The notes under the pieces: model-generated
The model's input: the letters and a program-made list of their open reading frames with translations, nothing else
Database searches by the model: none
Told to the model about the DNA's origin: nothing
Program-made: the position numbers and the translations under genes
In this document: piece by piece, positions 51,054 to 57,696 of the stretch
Layout of the letters: each line of letters begins with the position of its first letter
Numbering within the stretch: the first letter of the stretch is position 1
From: Catajapyx aquilonaris
Lineage: Eukaryota
Length of the DNA stretch: 57,696 nt
Direction: 5' to 3'
Assembly (NCBI GenBank): GCA_000934665.2
Contig: JYFJ02002388.1
Location: 1 to 57,696 of the forward strand

Positions 51054-53417
51054 ATGCTGCTTTATGCTGCCATTTTACTGGCAGCTTCGAATTTTGGGGT
51101 CGAATGTCGAAACCTAATTTTGTCTCCCATAATTCAAAATGGGAGAATTGACGAAGCTCGAGAAATGGCACAAGTTCGAGGCCTTCACGACAGCATCACT
51201 AGTTATTCAGGATACCTGACCGTCAACGCCGAGTTCAACTCCAACATGTTATTTTGGTTTTTTCCAGCCCAAGTATACTTTATTTACCTCATTCATACTG
51301 CATTCATAGTTGGATTTTGAGTTGTGCAGTACATCGCACTTTGTATTATAACGACTGCTGGAGCTTTTCTTATAGATAGATCCAGCATCAGCTCCTCTAA
51401 TTCTTTACCTAAATGGAGGCCCAGGTTTGTCTTCACTTATGTCTCTTTTCGTGGAAAATGGACCTTTCCTAGTGGACAAAGAGGGAAACTTACACGAACG
51501 AGACCACACCTGGACAAAGTCGAGTTCTGTCCTCTACATTGATAATCCTGTGGGTGCAGGTAACAGACCACCTTCATCACACACAGTTGACACACAAACA
51601 TGATTCAATATACAGTTTAACCCTTTCATTCCCACCGTTGCCATATGGCAACAATTAATCTGGCGGCAAAGCGTTCGCATGCAGAAGGCAAACTTTGTGG
51701 GTCAAACTTCTTGTGCCATCTAGTGGATGGTGACTCAGCACCCACAAAGTCGGATTGTTATATTTTGCTCGCGCCCTTGAACGGCAAACAACCCCCCACC
51801 CGGCGGCATAATTACAGGGTGTCCCATAAGTCTGGACGCTTAGGAATTTCTCATAGTGCAGTGTTTTAGTATTATTTTGCAACCATCGTAACAATTTTAT
51901 AGTGATTTTAAAATTTTAAATTAATTTAATTGCATTTAAAGTTAATGGCATTTAATTTTTTTCTGGAACACCCTGTAGGTGAACGTTTTTGGCATTTTTA
52001 CATTTCAAAGGACCACCACGAGTAAAAATGATAAATATTGAAGCATATTGTTTTTCATTATATCACTCCTACTACAAATTTTTTTCAAAAAAAAAAGAAA
52101 CGGCCCAAAAAATTCAGGAATGAAAGGGTTAACGCCGTCACTTCCTATCTCTATACTATGAATAAATTCTAATATTTTGCGTGTAAATTTTTAGGACTTA
52201 GTTACACCGATAAAGAGGAAGGGTATGCGAGGAGTCAACAAGATGTAGCTAGAGATTTATACAGCGCTCTCCTACAGTTCTTCCAAATGTTCCCCGAATT
52301 TCGAAGGAATGATTTTTATATTGCGGGCGAATCGTACGGAGGTAACGTAACGTAGCACTCTGTATATAAGAATTATTGAAAGCTCCTAATGACAGGTATT
52401 TCATGCAGGAAAATATGCACCATCGCTGGGAGAGAAAATTCACATGGAAAATCAAAATACGGACATGGGGTTGAATCTTAAAGGTAGGCCTGAAAGAGTG
52501 TAATATTAACCCATGAAACACAGACTGAGGTCAAAATGTGACTGTTTCAGGGCTTATCATAGGGAATGGGTATACTGATCCAGTGTCTGTATTGTGCCAA
52601 AGTGAGATGTATTTTCAACTGGGTCTGCTCAACCAGAAAATATTTGAGAAGGCCTACAGATTGGAAGAAAAACTTCGCGACGCAATTAATTCAAAAAAGT
52701 GGACTTTAGCGACTCAAGTATGTCAAAATTTTCCCATTACTCATACACCAATCAGTTTATAAAAATAGTAAGTGAGAAGCATACTCTTAGTGCAATGCAT
52801 TTTAATCCTCTGCGTATTTTACTGCAGATATTTTTTCGGCGCATGCGCGTACTTAACGCCGGTACAGGGTACCGTTACGAGTATAATTTCTTGCAAACAA
52901 AACAACCCGCTGAATTTGAATATCACACACCTTTCCTACAACAGAAGAGCATTCTCGAGAGAATTCATGCAGAGGATTCGACATACTCGTCGTTTGTTGG
53001 ACAGGTTTGTTATCATTTATAGGAAAGCATTAAATCTCACCTTTTGACGCACTAATTATTCAGGTGCGCCACCACCTCAGATATGATATTTATAAATCTG
53101 AAAAGCCTGCTGTGGAGCTTCTCCTGCGTAAAGGATATCGTATATTGTACTACCACGGACTGTTGGATTTTAACGTTCCTTACGCAGGACAAACGAAATT
53201 TCTGAATTCACTGAACTGGAGCGGATCCGGGGAATTCCAAGATGCTCGAAGGAGGCTTTGGATGGTGGATGGAGACATTGCAGGCTATGTGCAAGACGGC
53301 GGTAACTTGACATTTGCTGGCATACGTAAAGCCGGACACATGGTACCTTACGATCAGCCTGAACTGGCCGAATCTCTCATTCGAAAATACGTGTCTGAGG
53401 AATCCATAGTTTCGTAA
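51054..53417 (+). CDS. Serine carboxypeptidase S10 copy 11
   Basis: Signal MLLYAAILLAASNFGVEC; YLNGGPG, GESYGG, HGLLD, RKAGHMVPYDQP. Confidence 0.92.
51617..52132. mobile_element. piggyBac-type MITE in a copy 11 intron
   Basis: TTAA-CCCTTTCATTCC ... GGAATGAAAGGG-TTAA. Absent from the equivalent short intron of copy 12. Confidence 0.85.
51813..51977. mobile_element. Tc1/mariner-type MITE nested in the piggyBac-type MITE
   Basis: TA-CAGGGTGTCCCA ... TGGAACACCCTG-TA. Confidence 0.75.
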
Positions 53418-54057
53418 TGAATCTAAAATCCGGAAAGCCCCCACATTTATAGAATATTTTCAAATATCATTCTTAACTATAAAATAATATAAACAACCTT
53501 TAAGCTTTTGTACCTTTTATTTCAACTCCCGCCCATATTCATGGAGATATTTGCACAATTTCACATCGATGTTACCACCATGTGGTCTGTGCACATCATA
53601 AGTCACATTCGTCTTTTTTGCTCACTTTTACCGATGTACTGTTCCTGACACAATGTAGCTACAGTATAAATAATATTAATGATGTAACAAATGTATTTTC
53701 AGCAAACATAATTGTCCATATGTAGTATATAGACAATATAATTACGCGTGACATTAATTAGTCCACAGTGTCGTAACTTCCTTCCTTTTAAGCCATTGAG
53801 TAATAGATAAATAAAAAACCGGACGCCAATTACAAACTCGTTTGTATCTGTGTATCACGCCTGACTTTGATGATAAACTGTAAAATTGTCCTTGAAAATT
53901 AAAAATCATGCCCTACTAAAATCATAGTCCATTGTGATCAGCTCAAGTGCACTTCAGAGCAAGACCTGCACTTCACAATATTACTCAGGTAAATAAATCC
54001 AAAATGTTAATTTGTCCTCGAGAAATTTACTAACTGGTACATGCTTCTATTTCAAGC

Positions 54058-55899
54058 ATGCTACTTTATGCTGCCATTTTACTGGCGGCTACAAACTTTG
54101 GAATAGCACGCACAAACCTCATTTTGACACCAATCATTCAAAATGGGAGAATTGACAAAGCTCGTGAAATGGCACAAGTTCGAGGGCTTCACGACAGCAT
54201 CACTAGTTATTCAGGATACCTGACCGTCAACGCCGAATACAACTCCAACATGTTCTTTTGGTTTTTTCCAGCCCAAGTGCGACATTTTAATATTTTAACT
54301 GCTTTTCCTAGCTATATTCACATTTTAAGATGAGAAATTCACCAACCTTGTGTAGGCCTATATCATAACGACTTGAGATTTTTTTAAGGTAGATCCAGCA
54401 TCAGCCCCTGTTATCCTTTACCTAAACGGAGGTCCCGGTTTATCGTCACTTATGGCTCTTTTCGTGGAAAATGGACCTTTCCTAGTGGACAAGGAAGGAA
54501 ATTTGCACGAAAGAAAGCACACTTGGACAAAATCAAATTCTGTGCTTTACATTGACAATCCAGTGGGTGCAGGTAACATGTTTACCATAATATTACAGTG
54601 TTTGGCTGCCTGCATTATTGGAGAAAATTCAGGTTCTGATATGGTTTAATATTTTGCGTATTTCAAGGGCTTAGTTACACCGATGAAGAAGACGGGTATG
54701 CCCGTAGTCAACAAGATGTAGCTCGAGATTTATACACTGCTCTCCTGCAATTCTTTCAAATGTTCCCAGAATTTCTCAAGAATGATTTTTACATTGCGGG
54801 CGAATCGTACGGAGGTAAAGCAGCATAGCAGCAGGTAGGGTCAATATGAAAAAAAATTTATAATATTTGGCATATTTTTGTGTAGGAAAATATGTCCCAT
54901 CTCTGGGGGAGAAAATTCACATGGAAAATAAAAATACTGATATGTGGATAAATCTTAAAGGTAAGCTTAAAATAGTGTAATTAACTCATCAAACACAGAC
55001 GGAGGTCAACATGTTACTATTTCAGGACTTATCATAGGCAACGGATGGACTGATCCAGTGTCTCTATTGTGTCAAAGTGAGATGTATTTTCAACTGGGTC
55101 TACTCAACCAGAAAACATTTAAGGAGGCCTACAGAACGGAAGAAGAACTTCGCGATGCAATTAATTCAAACAAGTTCACTGAGGCGACTCATGTAAGCTC
55201 AAAAGTTATTACCTTGGTTATTACAGTGAACTGTTAATAGAAAGGGGAAGCGAGAACAATAAGATTGATGACATGCATTTTAATCCAATTGTTGCAGATA
55301 TTTTGGCGGCTGGTGGAAGTAATGGATGGCAGTACAGGGTACCGTTACGAGTATAATTTCTTGGAAACAAAACAACCGGCTGACTTTGAGTATCACACAC
55401 CTTTATTACGACAGAGGAGCATTCTCAAAAAACTTCATGCAGAGGATTCGACATACACGTCATTTTCTTTAAAGGTTAGTCGTTCTTTGTAGCATAATTA
55501 ATGCATTTTTACGTATGTAACTCGCTCAATTTTCAGGTGCACCGCGAACTCAGCTCTGAATTCTTTGATTCCGCCAAACCTGCTGTGGAGCTTCTACTGC
55601 GTAAAGGATATCGTGTTTTGTACTATCACGGGCTATTGGATCTTGCCGTTCCGTACGCTGGACAAACTAAATATCTGAATTCACTGAATTGGAGCGGATC
55701 CGACCTGTTTGTAGATGCATCTAGGCGGATTTGGACCGTGGATGGAGACATTGCAGGCTACGTCCAAGACGGCGGAAATCTGTCATTTGTTGGCGTACGT
55801 AATGCAGGGCATATGGTACCTTACGAGCAGCCCAAATTGGCCGAACTTCTCATTCGAAATTTTGTGTCGGAAGAAGAAACTGCTCAGAATTTAATCTAA
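54058..55899 (+). CDS. Serine carboxypeptidase S10 copy 12 (close paralog of copy 11)
   Basis: MLLYAAILLAATNFGIA; YLNGGPG, GESYGG, HGLLD, RNAGHMVPYEQP. Confidence 0.92.
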
Positions 55900-56243
55900 A
55901 ATATTGAAACCCCACCACTTATCAACTGTTTTCAATATTACTTGGAATATATTAAACATATGAACGTTGTTGCGGCCTTTCCTTTCAACTGCTGTCCATA
56001 TATTCAGCCGGGAACATGACATTGGCATACAAATGTGCCAGTGTCATAAATTGTTGCCTGCCAATATACCAAACATTCGACCTCATAGTTTGACCATGAC
56101 TACTACGACGCCCTTATGTGACCCTCAATTTCAATAACCTCGTGCAGTTGTAATGAAGCAACCTATAAACTGTGTTGGTTCCAATGCACTTGATCCACAT
56201 AAATATATAAAAGCTGCAACACAAGTGGAACTATACGGTAGTC

Positions 56244-56969
56244 ATGTTGGGGTTCATCCTCTGGATACCATGCGTTTTCGCTGCTGACAATCCATTGCTG
56301 CTAACACCTTACATCAACTCTATCAACACTAGTGAAGCTCAGAAGCTGGCAAAGGTTGAAGGATTACCTGTGGATATCCTCAGCTATTCCGGATTCCTTA
56401 ACGTCAATCCGGATTACAACTCTAACCTGTTCTTCTGGTTTTTTCCAGCAGAGGTGAGGTGTTAATCATGTAGACTGGTCAATTTTGCCATTATTCTCTC
56501 TTTTCCATATCTTTAAGTATAAACCCGAGGATGCGCCGGTGGTTCTCTGGCTATTGGGAGGTCCTGGGTCGTCCACTCACAGTTTATTCAATGAGAATGG
56601 GCCGATAGAGGTGGACGAAGTTGGTAATATCCGGAGACGTACTTTCACGTGGACATCGGCCTGCAATATGCTTTACATCGACGCACCTGCTGGAGCTGGG
56701 TTCAGCTTCACGGATAATCCCCTAGGATACTCCAAGAATCAAACGGATGTTGCGGAGGATTTGTACAATGCTGTTGGCCAGTTCTTCGACTTATTTACGG
56801 AGTACAAACAGAATGAGTTCTACGTCATGGGCGAATCGTATGCTGGTGAGTTGGAATGTCAATGCGAAAGTGACAGTTGATTTATTACTGATTGAATCCT
56901 TAGGAAAATATGCAACGGCATTATCGTACAGAATCTTTCAAGATAACAACAGCACCATCAACTACAGAG
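56244..56969 (+). CDS. Serine carboxypeptidase S10 copy 13, 5' part; remaining exons not seen in window
   Basis: Signal [51 protein letters not shown], then a GC donor at 56970. TATATAAAA ~40 bp upstream. Confidence 0.88.
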
Positions 56970-57313
56970 GCATGTCTAAGCTCATATTTTAACTCATAAT
57001 TTCATTGAACACTTTTTGAGTTCAGATATTTAACCATTATGTGTGCTAAAGTTGAGGGGCTTAGACAAAAGCGGCCCGAGTCCAAAAAAACTCCAATTGG
57101 GATAATTCACCTGCAAGTTTGAAAGGTCATAGAAAAAAAGGAAATAATATGTCTGGATCCATATTATGTCAGATTGGCAATCATTACAGGGCAGTCTTTT
57201 TCGATGTATGGCTACTATCACAAAAAATTGATTTATTGATTTAAAAATCATGTGCCTGACACCATATCAATCCTACAAATCATGGACTTACACCATTTTT
57301 GACTGGGTGTATA

Positions 57314-57473
57314 CAGTTGAATCAGGTTATAACAGACGTCAAGGGACCGCGGAAATCAGTATTGCTATAACCAAGGTCTGTTATAGCCGAATACACAAAC
57401 CGTATGTGGAAGAATGCCGGGACCGGCCTTTCGAGCCTGTTATAGCCGAGGCTGTTATATCCGGATTAAACTG
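57314..57473. mobile_element. pogo/Tigger-like MITE
   Basis: Imperfect TIRs CAGTTGAATCAGGTTATAACAG / CTGTTATATCCGGATTAAACTG, with internal repeats of CTGTTATAGCCGA. Confidence 0.65.
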
Positions 57474-57696
57474 AATTTATAACATTTCCTTTGATCATTC
57501 CTCGATTGTAACAGAAATAGTTTTAGTAAAAATTAATTTAAATGAAAAATTTAAGAGAAGGAAATTTTCAGTAAAAATTGAAAATTCACAAATTCACATT
57601 TTTTTTACGTTACCCCGTGCTAGGGCCATGGGCCCTTATAGGGGGGTGGATTACCACCATTTTCCTTCAATTTTCTTATTATTTTCTTCTAACACC

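Noticed and set aside
5398..56969. Fragmented carboxypeptidase ORFs read as pseudogenes or frameshifts
   Set aside because: The breaks coincide with GT/GC-AG introns at positions shared between paralogs, and the junctions I checked splice in frame.

Overview
Eukaryotic, gene-dense, short-intron animal DNA, probably an arthropod (inferred from a Group-7-allergen-like gene and venom/CPVL-type carboxypeptidases). Three housekeeping genes lie at the left end: the last exon of NDUFB5 (+), PDE6D (-) with a U12-type first intron, and MMADHC (+) head-to-head with PDE6D. Most of the window is a tandem array of at least 13 family S10 serine carboxypeptidase (CPVL-like) genes: 4 on the minus strand (5.4-15.4 kb) and 9 on the plus strand (27.4 kb to the window end). 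A spacer between the two blocks holds a DNA-transposon relic, a variant U6 snRNA, an ankyrin/SOCS-box gene and a secreted acidic Der p 7/TULIP-like gene. An SLC5 transporter sits inside the plus block. The array is strongly diversified at the active site. Copies 1-3 keep the Ser-Asp-His triad but replace the residues that bind the substrate C-terminal carboxylate. Copies 6, 7 and 8 have T, Q or D before the catalytic Ser. Copy 5 is an intact ORF lacking both catalytic Ser and His. Several MITEs (one nested in another) and five GC-AG introns are also visible. Exon structures and family assignments were made by eye from the sequence and recalled motifs; no database search was run.
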